A stretch of 64,000 nt of DNA from contig CACNPW010000001.1 of the NCBI GenBank assembly GCA_902622475.1, forward strand, positions 2,217 to 66,216. The letters run 5' to 3'. The notes under the pieces were generated by a model. That model saw nothing but the letters and a program-made list of their open reading frames with translations, searched no databases and was not told the DNA's origin. Shown piece after piece: positions 30,921-42,084 of this stretch; position 1 is the stretch's first letter, and every line of letters starts with the position of its first letter. This DNA is from an uncultured Alphaproteobacteria bacterium (GTDB lineage: Bacteria > Pseudomonadota > Alphaproteobacteria > HIMB59 > GCA-002718135). A program made the position numbers and the translations under genes.

Positions 30921-32534
30921 ATGCATTTTGTTTTTATTACGGGTGGTGTCGCGTCATCTCTTGGAAAAGGTATAGCCTCAGCCTCACTAGCAACTCTTTT
31001 AAAAAGTAGAAAATTTAAAGTAAGGATAAGAAAGTTAGATCCGTATTTAAATGTGGATCCCGGAACAATGAGTCCATATCAACATGGTGAAGTATATGTT
31101 ACAGATGATGGTGCAGAAACAGATTTAGACCTTGGTCATTACGAAAGATTCACAAATCAGTCTGCTAAACAATCAGATAGCGTGTCGTCAGGTAAAATTT
31201 ATTCCAATGTTCTCCTAAAAGAAAGGAAGGGGGATTACCTTGGTTCAACAATTCAGGTAATTCCTCATGTTACCAATGAAATAAAATCGTTTATTAATAG
31301 TGATTTAAAAAATGAAGATATCGCAATTTATGAAATAGGAGGAACAGTTGGAGATATTGAATCTCTACCTTTTTTAGAAGCAATAAGACAAATTAGAAAT
31401 GATAAAAATATTTCATCAGCATTAATTCATATGACTTATATTCCATATTTAAGTTCAGCAGGTGAGTTAAAAACGAAACCTACTCAACATTCAGTTAAAG
31501 AACTTCTCAATGCTGGTATTCAGCCTGATATAATTATGTGTAGATCTGAACAACCAATTGATAATGATTCAATTTCTAAAATATCTTTATTTTGTAATGT
31601 TAAAAAAGAGTCAGTAATTCCTGCATTGAATGCTAAATCAATTTATGAAGTTCCTTCATTATATTCTAAATATGGTTTGGATGAAGCTCTCCTTAAACAA
31701 TTGGGCTATAAACCAAAAAATCATAAATTAAATTTAAAACCTTGGATCGATCTTCAAAAAAAAATTAAAAAAAGAAAACATAAAGTAAAAATTGCAGTAG
31801 TTGGAAAATACACAAATCTTAAAGATAGTTATAAATCACTTAATGAAGCATTGATACATGGGGGAATAGAAAATTCTGCTGAAGTAGATATTCAATGGAT
31901 TAATTCTGAAAAAGAAAACAATATCAATTTAATGAAAAAATTAAAAGGTTGTGATGGTATTCTTATTCCGGGTGGTTTTGGTATTCGTGGTATTAATGGA
32001 AAAATTAGTGCTATCAAATACGCGAGAGAAAACAATATTCCTTTTTTTGGAATATGTCTTGGAATGCAGTTAGCAGTTATTGAAATAGCACAAAATGTTC
32101 TCAAAATTAAAAATGCTCACTCTTCAGAATTTAAGAAAACTACTAAATCAGTTGTAGGATTAATGACAGAATGGGTAAATAAAAACAAGATTGAAAAAAG
32201 AGATAAAAATAGTGATAAGGGTGGAACGATGCGTCTTGGAGCATACAAAGCTATTTTGAAAAAAAATTCAAAAATCTTTTCGATATATAAAAATAGAGTA
32301 ATTAGTGAGAGACACAGACATAGATACGAAGTAAATCAGAAATTTCTATCTAAATTTGAAAACAAAGGTTATTATTTCAGCGGTATGTCGCCAGATGGAT
32401 TATTGCCTGAAGTACTCGAGAGTAAAAAACATAAATGGTTTATAGGCGTTCAATTTCATCCAGAGTTAAAATCAAGACCATTAGATCCACACCCTCTTTT
32501 TGTATCATTTATAAAGGCTGCAATTAATGATTAA
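30921..32534 (+). CDS. pyrG: CTP synthase
   Basis: FITGGVASSLGKG and DPYLNVDPGTMSP motifs, plus a GATase domain with GICLGMQ and QFHPE. Confidence 0.97.
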   Translation: MHFVFITGGVASSLGKGIASASLATLLKSRKFKVRIRKLDPYLNVDPGTMSPYQHGEVYVTDDGAETDLDLGHYERFTNQSAKQSDSVSSGKIYSNVLLKERKGDYLGSTIQVIPHVTNEIKSFINSDLKNEDIAIYEIGGTVGDIESLPFLEAIRQIRNDKNISSALIHMTYIPYLSSAGELKTKPTQHSVKELLNAGIQPDIIMCRSEQPIDNDSISKISLFCNVKKESVIPALNAKSIYEVPSLYSKYGLDEALLKQLGYKPKNHKLNLKPWIDLQKKIKKRKHKVKIAVVGKYTNLKDSYKSLNEALIHGGIENSAEVDIQWINSEKENNINLMKKLKGCDGILIPGGFGIRGINGKISAIKYARENNIPFFGICLGMQLAVIEIAQNVLKIKNAHSSEFKKTTKSVVGLMTEWVNKNKIEKRDKNSDKGGTMRLGAYKAILKKNSKIFSIYKNRVISERHRHRYEVNQKFLSKFENKGYYFSGMSPDGLLPEVLESKKHKWFIGVQFHPELKSRPLDPHPLFVSFIKAAIND

Positions 32535-33357
32535 TATTAATTTAAAAGATTATTCTATCTCAAATAATTCTCAATTTATTTTAATTGCTGGTCCATGCGT
32601 AATAGAAAACGAAAGTCACTCACTGATGATTGCAGAAGAGCTATGTAAGATATGTGATGATGTTGGTATTAATTTAATTTTTAAATCTAGCTTTGATAAG
32701 GCAAATCGATCAAGTATTAAAAGTGATAGAGGTATAAAACTCGATGACGCATTAAAAATCTTTGAAAAAATTAAAACTAATTTAAATTTACCAATTTTAA
32801 CAGATGTGCATAATGAAGAGCAATGTAATCAATTAAAAAAAGATAGTATTATCGATATTATTCAAATTCCTGCGTTTCTATGCCGTCAAACAGATTTATT
32901 ATTAGCTGCGGGTAATACAAATAAAATTATTAATGTAAAAAAAGGTCAATTTTTATCACCAAACGATGTAAAAAATATTTTCACAAAAATTGAAACTACA
33001 AATAATAAAAACATAATGATCACTGAAAGAGGAACATCTTTTGGTTACAATACACTTGTTAATGATTTTAAAGGTTTAGATATCATGAAAAAATATAAGT
33101 ATCCTGTAATTTTTGATGCAACTCATTCTGTGCAACAACCAGGAGGCTTGGGTGATAAAAGTGGTGGTCAAAGAGAACATATCCCTTCTTTATGCAAAGC
33201 TGCTATATCTATTGGTGTAGCTGGTTTATTTTTAGAAACACATAATGATCCGGATAATGCTCCTAGTGATGGACCAAACATGATTAATATAAAAGATTTA
33301 AAAAATTTATTAGTTCAACTTAAAAAATTTGATGATATAGCGAAAAACAATGCCTAA
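32527..33357 (+). CDS. kdsA: 3-deoxy-8-phosphooctulonate synthase
   Basis: [20 protein letters not shown] and FDATHSVQ motifs. Confidence 0.95.
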   Translation: MININLKDYSISNNSQFILIAGPCVIENESHSLMIAEELCKICDDVGINLIFKSSFDKANRSSIKSDRGIKLDDALKIFEKIKTNLNLPILTDVHNEEQCNQLKKDSIIDIIQIPAFLCRQTDLLLAAGNTNKIINVKKGQFLSPNDVKNIFTKIETTNNKNIMITERGTSFGYNTLVNDFKGLDIMKKYKYPVIFDATHSVQQPGGLGDKSGGQREHIPSLCKAAISIGVAGLFLETHNDPDNAPSDGPNMINIKDLKNLLVQLKKFDDIAKNNA

Positions 33358-34630
33358 AATAACTAATATAAAAGCAAGACAAATAATAGATAGCAGAGGA
33401 AATCCTACTGTTGAGTGTGATATAGAATTTGAAAATTCTACATTTGGAAGAGCTGCGGTTCCAAGTGGAGCATCTACTGGAGTGCATGAGGCTCTAGAAT
33501 TGCGAGATAATGATAAATCCAAATATATAGGTAAAGGAGTTTTGAAAGCGGTAGGAAATATTAATGATACAATTTCTAATGAACTAGTTGGAAAATCATT
33601 TGAAGATATTTCTTCTTTTGATGATTTTTTATTAGAACTAGATGGTACGGAAAATAAATCCAATTTAGGTGCTAATGCAACTCTTGCTGCAAGCTTGGCT
33701 TTTGCAAAATGTTTAGCTTCCTCTGAAGGTCATGAATTATATTCTTTTCTTGGCAAGGAGCATACAATGAGTCTTCCAGTTCCAATGATGAACATTATTA
33801 ATGGAGGATCACATGCAGATAACGACGTTGATATTCAAGAATTTATGGTTGCTCCTATAGGTGCAAATAATTTTTCAGATGCACTTCAATATGGTTGCGA
33901 AATATTTCATTCATTAAAGTCACTTTTAAAATCAAAAGGCTTAAACACAAATGTTGGTGATGAAGGTGGATTTGCTCCTAACATAAATAGTTCTAGTGAA
34001 GTCATAGAAACAGTTTTGAAATCAGTGGAGGATGCAGGTTTTAAACCTGGAAAGGATATTTATCTTTCACTTGATGTTGCCTCAACTGAATTTTACAAAA
34101 ATAATAAATATGATTTACAGGGAGAAAAAATTGTTTTGTCTTCTGACGAGATGATTAAATATCTGGAGAAATTGGTAAATGCTTATCCAATTTATTCTAT
34201 TGAAGATGGAATGTCAGAGGATGATTGGGATGGTTGGTCAAATTTAACATCAACAATAGGAAAAAAAGTTCAGTTAGTTGGTGATGATTTATTTGTTACA
34301 AACAAAAAAAGATTACAAAAAGGTATTGCAGAGGGTGCGGGTAATTCTATTTTAGTTAAAGTAAATCAAATAGGTACACTAAAAGAAACTTTGGAGTCGA
34401 TTAAATTAGCAAAAGAAAATAATTTCACTACTATAATTTCACATCGTTCTGGTGAGACTGAAGATACGACGATTGCTGATTTATCAGTTGGTGTTTCAGC
34501 AGGTCAAATTAAAACAGGATCATTATCGAGAACAGATAGAACAGCAAAATATAATCAATTGTTAAGAATTGAAGAAGCATTACAAGGTAAAGCAAATTAT
34601 GCTGGATCATCTATCTTAAATAATAAATAA
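33350..34630 (+). CDS. eno: Enolase
   Basis: [23 protein letters not shown] and [11 protein letters not shown] motifs. Confidence 0.97.
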   Translation: MPKITNIKARQIIDSRGNPTVECDIEFENSTFGRAAVPSGASTGVHEALELRDNDKSKYIGKGVLKAVGNINDTISNELVGKSFEDISSFDDFLLELDGTENKSNLGANATLAASLAFAKCLASSEGHELYSFLGKEHTMSLPVPMMNIINGGSHADNDVDIQEFMVAPIGANNFSDALQYGCEIFHSLKSLLKSKGLNTNVGDEGGFAPNINSSSEVIETVLKSVEDAGFKPGKDIYLSLDVASTEFYKNNKYDLQGEKIVLSSDEMIKYLEKLVNAYPIYSIEDGMSEDDWDGWSNLTSTIGKKVQLVGDDLFVTNKKRLQKGIAEGAGNSILVKVNQIGTLKETLESIKLAKENNFTTIISHRSGETEDTTIADLSVGVSAGQIKTGSLSRTDRTAKYNQLLRIEEALQGKANYAGSSILNNK

Positions 34631-34669
34631 TTGACAGTTTCGATCGTAAATATGCTATTTGTATAATAA

Positions 34670-34981
34670 ATGAATAAATCTTTAGTTTTAAAAAATAAAT
34701 TTTATTTCTATTTATCTTTTTTGTTTACTTTTTTTCTATTTGTTTATCTTCTCTATTTTCTTATAAATGGTGAGAGGGGATTACTGAAATATTTTAGTCT
34801 TAAAAATCTTAATGCTCAATACAATGGACAATATATGTCCTTAAAAAAAGAAAATGAATTTTACCTAGATAGAATTAAAAGATTACAACCAAATACTATA
34901 GATTTGGACTATTTAGATGAGACATTTAGGAAAGTTACAGGATTTACTTCAGAAAACGAAACAGTTATAATTATAGAATAG
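34670..34981 (+). CDS. ftsB: Septum formation initiator (FtsB/DivIC family)
   Basis: One N-terminal TM followed by a coiled coil. Conserved alphaproteobacterial position between eno and pdhA. Confidence 0.75.
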   Translation: MNKSLVLKNKFYFYLSFLFTFFLFVYLLYFLINGERGLLKYFSLKNLNAQYNGQYMSLKKENEFYLDRIKRLQPNTIDLDYLDETFRKVTGFTSENETVIIIE

Positions 34982-34991
34982 ATTGATTTAT

Positions 34992-35018
34992 TTGACAAAA
35001 AATCACCCTAATTATAAT
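34992..35018 (+). promoter_or_regulatory. Candidate sigma-70 promoter for the pdh operon (TTGACA-N15-TATAAT)
   Basis: Perfect -35 (34992-34997) and perfect -10 (35013-35018) hexamers in the 50-nt ftsB-pdhA spacer. The spacer is short at 15 nt and the implied leader is very short. Confidence 0.35.
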
Positions 35019-35031
35019 TAAAGATTATCAT

Positions 35032-35994
35032 ATGAAGAAACTTCAAAAAGCCGATTACATTAAAATGTATTCTTTTATGCTCAAAATTAGAAGATTTGAG
35101 GAAAGAGCAGCTCAACTTTACGGAATGGGTAAAATAGGTGGTTTTTGTCATTTGTATATTGGTCAAGAAGCTGTTGTTGTTGGGATTTTAATGACAATTG
35201 ATAAGAATGACTCAGTTGTAACAACTTATAGAGATCATGGCCATATGATTGCTAGGGGATTAGATCCAAAACGTATTATGGCAGAATTGACTGGTAGAGA
35301 AGATGGTTATTCAGCAGGTAAGGGTGGTTCAATGCATATGTTCTCTAAGGAAAATAATTTTTATGGCGGTCATGGTATTGTAGGAGCTCAAGTACCAATT
35401 GGAACAGGTATAGCATTCACACATAAATATAATGGAGAAAAAAATATATGCAGAACATATATTGGTGATGGAGCAATGAATAACGGACAAGTTTTTGAAG
35501 CTTTTAATTTAGCTGCTTTATGGAAGCTTCCTGTTTTATATATTATTGAAAATAATAAATATGGAATGGGCACATCTGTAGATAGAGCAGCAGCTGGATT
35601 AGATTTATATAAAAGAGGAGAGGCATTTGGTATTCCTGGTGAGAAGGTAGATGGGATGAATGTTTTCTCTGTTATAGAAGCAGCAGATAAAGCAGGTAAG
35701 TATGTCAGAGAAGGTAATGGACCTTATATTATTGAAGTACAAACATATCGATATAGAGGACATTCAATGTCAGATCCTGCAAAATATAGAACGAAAGAAG
35801 AATTAGATAACTATAAGCAAACTGATCCAATTGAAATAGTTAAAGCAGAAATTTTAAAGAAAAAAATTGCAACTAATGATGAAATTGAAAAAATTAATAA
35901 AGATACTTTAGAAGAAATAAAAAACGCTGCTGAATTTGCAACTAATAGTCCTTTTCCAAAGGACAGTGAGCTTTATACGGACGTTTATTTATAA
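35032..35994 (+). CDS. pdhA: Pyruvate dehydrogenase E1 alpha subunit
   Basis: TPP motif GDGAMNNGQVFEAFN and YRYRGHSMSDP. Confidence 0.95.
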   Translation: MKKLQKADYIKMYSFMLKIRRFEERAAQLYGMGKIGGFCHLYIGQEAVVVGILMTIDKNDSVVTTYRDHGHMIARGLDPKRIMAELTGREDGYSAGKGGSMHMFSKENNFYGGHGIVGAQVPIGTGIAFTHKYNGEKNICRTYIGDGAMNNGQVFEAFNLAALWKLPVLYIIENNKYGMGTSVDRAAAGLDLYKRGEAFGIPGEKVDGMNVFSVIEAADKAGKYVREGNGPYIIEVQTYRYRGHSMSDPAKYRTKEELDNYKQTDPIEIVKAEILKKKIATNDEIEKINKDTLEEIKNAAEFATNSPFPKDSELYTDVYL

Positions 35995-35997
35995 ATT

Positions 35998-37377
35998 ATG
36001 AGCACAGAAATTTTAATGCCTGCATTATCTCCAACAATGACTGAGGGTAATCTGTCTAAGTGGTTAATTAAAAAAGGGGATACTGTTAAAGCTGGTGATT
36101 TGATTGCAGAAATTGAAACTGACAAAGCAACAATGGAGGTAGAAGCGGTAGATGAAGGTGTTGTTCTTGATCTTTTATTTAAAGAAGGAGAAGCAAATAT
36201 TCCAGTAAATAAAGCTATAGCTATTATTGGCGATCCAAATGAAAAAGTTGAAGTAAAAAAAGAATCTCCCATTGAAAAAGTGATTGAAGAAAAAAAAATT
36301 GAAAAAAATATTGAGACAAAAGTTGAGAATAAGAAAGCTGATATAATTGATACACCATCACCTAAAATAGAAGAAGACAGAAACTTAAGTTCAGAAGAAA
36401 TTACTATGCGCCAAGCTCTAAGGGACACAATGGCAGAAGAAATGAGAAAAGATAATAAAGTTTTCATACTTGGTGAGGAAGTTGCCGAGTATCAAGGTGC
36501 ATATAAAGTAACACAAGGTTTACTTCAGGAATTTGGCAAAGAAAGAGTATTAGATACTCCTATTTCCGAACATGGATTTACTGGATTAGCAGTTGGAGCA
36601 GCATTTAAGGGATTGAGACCAATCTTAGAGTTCATGACTTTTAATTTTTCTATGCAAGCAATTGATCAAATTATAAATTCAGCTGCAAAAACTCTTTACA
36701 TGTCTGGAGGGCAAATTAATTGCCCTATTGTTTTCAGAGGACCTAATGGTGCTGCTGCCCAAGTTGCTGCACAACATAGTCAGGATTTTTCTTCTTGGTA
36801 TTCTCAAGTCCCAGGTTTAAAAGTTATAGCGCCATCTACTCCTTATAACGCAAAAGGTTTGTTAAGATCTGCAATATCAGACCCAAATCCTGTAATTTTT
36901 CTAGAAAATGAAATTCTTTATGGATTAAAAGGTCTCGTTAACAATGATATTAACTTCTCAATACCAATTGGAAAAGCAAATATAGAAAAAGAAGGGAATG
37001 ATTTAACGATCGTAACGTATTCAATAATGTTGCAGAAATCAAAAGAAGCTGCACTAAGACTAAAAGAGGAATACAATTTAGATGCAGAAATTATTGATTT
37101 ACAAACTTTACGACCTTTGGATACGGAAACAATTTTAAATTCAGTTAAAAAAACTAATAGACTAATCACTGTAGAAGAGTCATGGCCATTTGGTAGTGTT
37201 GGTTCTGAAATTGCAAATATTGTTCAAAGGGATGCATTTGATTATTTAGATTCACCAGTAATAAAAGTTAATAGTGCGGATGTTCCAATGCCATACGCAT
37301 TGAGCTTAGAAAAATTATATCTTCCTCAAGTTGATGATATTATAAATGCTGCAAAAAAAGTAAGTTATATAAAATAA
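35998..37377 (+). CDS. pdhB: Pyruvate dehydrogenase E1 beta subunit with N-terminal lipoyl domain
   Basis: Residues 1-~80 form a lipoyl domain ([12 protein letters not shown]). A charged linker follows, then the transketolase-like E1-beta core ([18 protein letters not shown]). Confidence 0.95.
   Translation: MSTEILMPALSPTMTEGNLSKWLIKKGDTVKAGDLIAEIETDKATMEVEAVDEGVVLDLLFKEGEANIPVNKAIAIIGDPNEKVEVKKESPIEKVIEEKKIEKNIETKVENKKADIIDTPSPKIEEDRNLSSEEITMRQALRDTMAEEMRKDNKVFILGEEVAEYQGAYKVTQGLLQEFGKERVLDTPISEHGFTGLAVGAAFKGLRPILEFMTFNFSMQAIDQIINSAAKTLYMSGGQINCPIVFRGPNGAAAQVAAQHSQDFSSWYSQVPGLKVIAPSTPYNAKGLLRSAISDPNPVIFLENEILYGLKGLVNNDINFSIPIGKANIEKEGNDLTIVTYSIMLQKSKEAALRLKEEYNLDAEIIDLQTLRPLDTETILNSVKKTNRLITVEESWPFGSVGSEIANIVQRDAFDYLDSPVIKVNSADVPMPYALSLEKLYLPQVDDIINAAKKVSYIK
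36010..36160 (+). repeat. Lipoyl-domain coding repeat, copy 1 (in pdhB)
   Basis: Hand alignment to 37390-37540 gives about 32 mismatches in 150 nt. The offset is exactly 1380 nt. Confidence 0.8.
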
Positions 37378-38607
37378 ATGGCAATTAAAGTTTTAATGCC
37401 TGCATTATCACCCACAATGTCAGAGGGTATAATTAATAAGTGGTTAGTTAATGTTGGTGATACTGTTTCAGCTGGAGATATATTAGCTGAAATTGAAACA
37501 GATAAAGCAACAATGGAAGTTGAGGCAGTCGATGAAGGAGAAATTACACATTTAATTGATTCAACACCTGATAAACAAATTGCTGTTAATTCTGTCATTG
37601 CTTTAATCAATGGTAGCAAAGATGAAAGATTAGAAGATTATAATGATAAAGATCATATTGTAACCAGTGAAGAAAAACATGAAATTTCAGAAACACCTAA
37701 AGTAAATAGTGAAGTAGATAACAGTCAAATAATAGAAAGAAGTAAAGATTCAAACACTAAACAAAATACTAATTTTGCCTCACCGTTTGTTAAAAAATTT
37801 TCTAAAGATAACAATATTGATCTAACTCTTATTAAAGGATCTGGACCTGATGGTAGGATAATAAAAAAAGATCTGCAAAATTTTGAACTTCATATCAATG
37901 ATGAAAATATTTCTGTAATTGAGCCATCTAGTATTAGAAAAATAATTGCTGAAAGAACAACACAAACAAAAAATGAGATTCCTCATTTTTATCTTACTAT
38001 TGAAACAAGAATGGATAAGCTAATAAATTTAAGAAAAAAAATTAATTTAAATAGTGATGTCAAAATCTCTTTTAACGACCTAATTGTTAAAGCATGTGCA
38101 ATGGCAATGGCCAAAAATCCAGATACAAATATTTCTTGGGTTAATGGTAAAATTCACAAATATAAAAATATCGATATTGCAATTGCGGTAGCTTTAAAAG
38201 AAGGATTGATCACTCCTATTGTCAAAGAAGCTGATACAAAAGGATTAGCTGAAATTTCAACAGAAATTAAATCACTAGTCAAAAAAGCTAATCAAAATAA
38301 ACTATTACCAGAAGAGTATAGTGGAGGATCTATAACTATTTCTAATTTAGGCATGTTTGGAATCACAGAATTTCAAGCAATTATTAATCCGCCACAATCA
38401 AGTATTATTGCAATTGGATCTATAATTGAAAAACCCGTTGTTAACGCTAGCAATATTGAAATAGGGCATACAATGAAATCTACGATTTCAGCAGATCACA
38501 GATCATTAGATGGTGCCGTTGCGGCAAAATTACTCAAAGATTTTAGCGATATTTTAGAGGATCCTTTTCAAATATGGTTGAATAGCTTGGATATGGAAGT
38601 TATTTAA
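37378..38607 (+). CDS. pdhC: Dihydrolipoamide acetyltransferase (PDH E2)
   Basis: Lipoyl domain, E3-binding-like segment ([28 protein letters not shown]), and catalytic DHRSLDG. Confidence 0.95.
   Translation: MAIKVLMPALSPTMSEGIINKWLVNVGDTVSAGDILAEIETDKATMEVEAVDEGEITHLIDSTPDKQIAVNSVIALINGSKDERLEDYNDKDHIVTSEEKHEISETPKVNSEVDNSQIIERSKDSNTKQNTNFASPFVKKFSKDNNIDLTLIKGSGPDGRIIKKDLQNFELHINDENISVIEPSSIRKIIAERTTQTKNEIPHFYLTIETRMDKLINLRKKINLNSDVKISFNDLIVKACAMAMAKNPDTNISWVNGKIHKYKNIDIAIAVALKEGLITPIVKEADTKGLAEISTEIKSLVKKANQNKLLPEEYSGGSITISNLGMFGITEFQAIINPPQSSIIAIGSIIEKPVVNASNIEIGHTMKSTISADHRSLDGAVAAKLLKDFSDILEDPFQIWLNSLDMEVI
37390..37540 (+). repeat. Lipoyl-domain coding repeat, copy 2 (in pdhC)
   Basis: See copy 1. 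The shared strings are TTAATGCCTGCATTATC and GATAAAGCAACAATGGA-like. Confidence 0.8.
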
Positions 38608-38612
38608 CTCAT

Positions 38613-39548
38613 ATGAATGGACCAAGACATCCTGAAAAAGTAAAAAATAAATCAAATCCAATACCAAAAAAACCAAGTTGGATTAGAGTAAAGGCGCCAA
38701 CTTCAAAATTTTTTAAAGAAACAAACAAGCTTTTAAAAGAAAAGAAAATTGTAACTGTTTGCGAAGAAGCAGCATGTCCAAATATAGCGGAGTGTTGGCA
38801 AAAAAAACATGCAACATTTATGATACTAGGAGATATTTGTACGAGAGCTTGTGCATTTTGTAATATTAAAACTGGTAAACCTCATTTTATTGATCACGGT
38901 GAAGCTATTAGAATTGCAGAATCAGTTAAACAATTAAACTTAGAGCATGTTGTTATTACTAGTGTTGATAGAGATGACTTAATAGATGGTGGAGCATTAC
39001 ACTTTATTAATGTGATTGATTCAATTAAATCCCTGAACCCAAATTGTACAATTGAAATATTAACACCTGATTTTAAAAATAAACCTGAAGCAATAGATAT
39101 TTTATCAAAAAATTTACCTGATGTTTTTAATCACAACTTAGAAACAGTGCCAAGATTATATCCATCAATTCGACCGGGCTCAAGATACTTTGTAAGTTTA
39201 AATTTACTTAGTCAAATTAAAGATAAAAATCCAAGTATATTTACGAAATCAGGTCTAATGGTTGGTTTGGGTGAAACTAAAGAAGAAGTTTATCAAGTAA
39301 TGGATGATTTAAGAGCAGCTAATGTTGATTTTATTACAATAGGGCAATACTTACCTCCAACACCAAAACACGCTAAGCTAGAAAAATTTATTACTCCTCA
39401 AGAATTTGATGAATATAGAAAAATGGCATACGCAAAAGGATTTCTGATGGTGGCATCATCACCGCTAACTCGTTCAAGTTACCATGCTTCTGATGATTTT
39501 AAAATCATGCAAGAAAACAGAAAAAATAAACTTTACTCAATTCAATGA
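38613..39548 (+). CDS. lipA: Lipoyl synthase
   Basis: Cys clusters [13 protein letters not shown] and CTRACAFC (radical SAM). Confidence 0.96.
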   Translation: MNGPRHPEKVKNKSNPIPKKPSWIRVKAPTSKFFKETNKLLKEKKIVTVCEEAACPNIAECWQKKHATFMILGDICTRACAFCNIKTGKPHFIDHGEAIRIAESVKQLNLEHVVITSVDRDDLIDGGALHFINVIDSIKSLNPNCTIEILTPDFKNKPEAIDILSKNLPDVFNHNLETVPRLYPSIRPGSRYFVSLNLLSQIKDKNPSIFTKSGLMVGLGETKEEVYQVMDDLRAANVDFITIGQYLPPTPKHAKLEKFITPQEFDEYRKMAYAKGFLMVASSPLTRSSYHASDDFKIMQENRKNKLYSIQ

Positions 39549-39982
39549 AGTCATCAAATAGAGAGGAGATAGTCGATCATGACGCAAAGGGTCTTTTTGA
39601 TATCGTTTTAGATATTGAGAGTTATCCTTATTTTATCCCTTGGTGTTCTGCAATGAAAGTACATTCAAAAAGTGAAAAGGAAATCTATGCAGACATGGTT
39701 GTTTGGTACAAATATTTTATGCCTCAAACTTTTGGTTCACACGTAACTTTTAATAAAAAAAAACTCTCAATTACCACAACATATATTGAAGGACCTTTAA
39801 AAGATTTAAAAACCAGTTGGATTTTTGAATCATTAAAAAAAAACCAAACACGAATTCATTTTAATGTGGAATTTGAGTTTAAGAGATTTTTTCATCAAAA
39901 AATTGCTGAGGCTTTTTTTCCTTTAATTGAAAACAAAATGATTGAATCATTCAAAGTTCGTGCTGATGAAATTTTAGATTAA
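39545..39982 (+). CDS. SRPBCC-family protein (RatA/Coq10-like polyketide-cyclase fold)
   Basis: 145 aa with YPYFIPWC near the N terminus. Conserved alphaproteobacterial position after lipA. Confidence 0.7.
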   Translation: MKSSNREEIVDHDAKGLFDIVLDIESYPYFIPWCSAMKVHSKSEKEIYADMVVWYKYFMPQTFGSHVTFNKKKLSITTTYIEGPLKDLKTSWIFESLKKNQTRIHFNVEFEFKRFFHQKIAEAFFPLIENKMIESFKVRADEILD

Positions 39983-40438
39983 TTGATTAATTTTTCTAAA
40001 TATAAAATCTCTAGTTTTTCTCTGTATTTCCAATCGTTTTCCTTTGTATAATTTCTTGAAAATATAATTACTTTTATTAACTTTAATTCCAATATACACT
40101 AATCCTACTGGCTTTAACTTTGTCCCACCATTAGGACCTGCTATCCCAGTTGTAGAAATGCAGATTTGTGTTTTTTCATTTTTGTGCAAACCATTTATCA
40201 TGTCCTCAGCAACTTCTTTACTTACAGCTCCAAATTTAGAGAGATTACTTTTTGAAACAGATAAATATTTAGATTTAGCTTTATTAGAATAACTAATAAT
40301 CCCGTAAGAGAAAATTTTTGAAACTCCACTATATTTGGTAATAGTATTTGCTATTAGTCCACCTGTGCAAGACTCAGCAACTGAAATTGAGATATTTTTT
40401 TTTATTAATTTATCTATAACTTTTTTAAAAATAGGCAT
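39974..40438 (-). CDS. pncC: CinA C-terminal-domain protein / nicotinamide-nucleotide amidohydrolase
   Basis: SVAESCTGGLIA and STTGIAGPNGG motifs. Confidence 0.85.
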   Translation of the reverse strand: MPIFKKVIDKLIKKNISISVAESCTGGLIANTITKYSGVSKIFSYGIISYSNKAKSKYLSVSKSNLSKFGAVSKEVAEDMINGLHKNEKTQICISTTGIAGPNGGTKLKPVGLVYIGIKVNKSNYIFKKLYKGKRLEIQRKTRDFIFRKINQLI

Positions 40439-40901
40439 TTACAATATAAAGAATTATTATTGTATATATTCCTGCTATTAAATCATCAAGAATTACGCCA
40501 AAAGCTGATTTAAGTTTCTTATCAACAATATTTGCGGGAAATATTTTTAAAATATCAAAAAAACGAAACAAAATAAAAATTAATATTAATGTGACATAAA
40601 GATTTATTATTTTAATTTGATCATAAAATATTAAAATTAAGTATACTCCTAAGAATTCATCAATAACTATAATTTTTGAGTCATATGATTGTGTATGTGC
40701 AGAGAATTTATTAATAAAAAATAATGATAATAAAAAAATTACAATAAAAAAAAATACAAGTATTTCAAAAGAAATAATTTTGTATTCAACAATGGGAAAT
40801 AAAATAACTATTGATAAAAAAGTTGCAAAGGTTCCTGGCGGTATTATTTTAATATATCCAGCAAATGATAACGATACAAAAAAATTAGTTAATTTTATCA
40901 T
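40425..40901 (-). CDS. pgpA: Phosphatidylglycerophosphatase A
   Basis: AGYIKIIPPGTFATF N terminus and DILKIFPA / DDLIAG motifs. Confidence 0.85.
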   Translation of the reverse strand: MIKLTNFFVSLSFAGYIKIIPPGTFATFLSIVILFPIVEYKIISFEILVFFFIVIFLLSLFFINKFSAHTQSYDSKIIVIDEFLGVYLILIFYDQIKIINLYVTLILIFILFRFFDILKIFPANIVDKKLKSAFGVILDDLIAGIYTIIILYIVNAYF

Positions 40902-42024
40902 TTGTTACATGAACTATTGATTCAGCTGCAATTCCTTCACCATTTCCAATAAAACCAATCTTCTCATTTGTAGTTGCTTTAATAGACACAGAGTTATTTT
41001 TAATCTGAAGTAATTTTGAAATATTTTTAATCATTTTTGAAACATACTTATTAATTTTAGGTTTTTCAGCTATTATATTTATATCTAGATTGATTATAGA
41101 ATAACCTTTTTCTTTGAGTTTATTTCTACAATAAATAATGAACTTAGATGAATCTGCATTTTTCCATTTTTTAGCTGTGTTGGGAAAGTGATAACCTATA
41201 TCTCTCATAGAAAGTGCTCCAAAAATACTATCACAAATTGCATGTAGTACAACGTCTGCATCAGAATGACCAATCAATTTAGAGAAAGGAATTTTAATGC
41301 CTCCTAATTTTAATCCATTTTTGGTATTTTTATCAATTTGATGAATATCGTAACCAATACCGTACTTTGTTATCGGTTTTTTGTATAAATTAAATAACTG
41401 AATATCTTCTGGATAAGTGATTTTTATATTATTTTTCTCTCCTTTGATAAAATTTATTTTCATTTTTGATTTTTGTAATAATCCTGCATCATCATTAAAT
41501 TCAAAATTTTTATATTTGATATGTTCTTTTAATATTAAATTGTAATTAAAACCCTGAGGTGTTTGTACGTTAATTGCTTTTGTCTCCAATTTACTTTTCT
41601 TTATTAATTGTCTGTCATTATATTCAATATACGGAATTGCATTAGTATTTTTATCTAATTTAGAAATAATTTTTTTAATTAATATATTACTACATAAAGG
41701 ACGTGCAGCATCATGTATTAATACATTTTTAATTTTAAATTTTTTTAAATTTTTAAGAGCATTAAAAGAAGAAATTTGTCTTGTATTGCCAGGTTTTGAA
41801 AACGTAATTTTTATTTTCTCAGACACTACCTTATGATTAAAGTAATTATTTCGATATTTTTTATCTATTGAAATATTTATAATATCAAAGTTTGATAAGT
41901 CTAGATTTGAAACAAAATAATTTAAAAAATTTGTATCCCCTATTTTTAAGAATTGTTTAGGAATTTTTTGACCAAATCTCTTTCCTTTTCCGCCAGCTAG
42001 AATTACAAGTGCATTTTTCATCAT
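40885..42024 (-). CDS. ispDF: Bifunctional IspD/IspF (MEP cytidylyltransferase / MEcPP synthase)
   Basis: N-terminal ILAGGKGKRFG (IspD). C-terminal GIGYDIH...GHSDADVVLHAI (IspF). Confidence 0.93.
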   Translation of the reverse strand: MMKNALVILAGGKGKRFGQKIPKQFLKIGDTNFLNYFVSNLDLSNFDIINISIDKKYRNNYFNHKVVSEKIKITFSKPGNTRQISSFNALKNLKKFKIKNVLIHDAARPLCSNILIKKIISKLDKNTNAIPYIEYNDRQLIKKSKLETKAINVQTPQGFNYNLILKEHIKYKNFEFNDDAGLLQKSKMKINFIKGEKNNIKITYPEDIQLFNLYKKPITKYGIGYDIHQIDKNTKNGLKLGGIKIPFSKLIGHSDADVVLHAICDSIFGALSMRDIGYHFPNTAKKWKNADSSKFIIYCRNKLKEKGYSIINLDINIIAEKPKINKYVSKMIKNISKLLQIKNNSVSIKATTNEKIGFIGNGEGIAAESIVHVTNDKIN

Positions 42025-42084
42025 TTTAATTTATAAATAATATTATTTTATAATCATTATTTGAAAAATTAACTAAAGTACACA

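Noticed and set aside
29935-33663. Antisense ORFs opposite tpiA, pyrG and the kdsA/eno junction
   Set aside because: They are nested in conserved genes and have no supporting signals.
34631-34667. TTGACA and TATAAT hexamers upstream of ftsB
   Set aside because: They are 25 nt apart, too far for a sigma-70 promoter. The TATAAT is only 2 nt from the ATG.
35985-37619. Two minus-strand ORFs (160 and 84 aa) that share a striking peptide (..[27 protein letters not shown]..), which looked like a repeated gene family
   Set aside because: The similarity is fully explained by the duplicated lipoyl-domain coding sequence of pdhB and pdhC read on the opposite strand. They are not genes.
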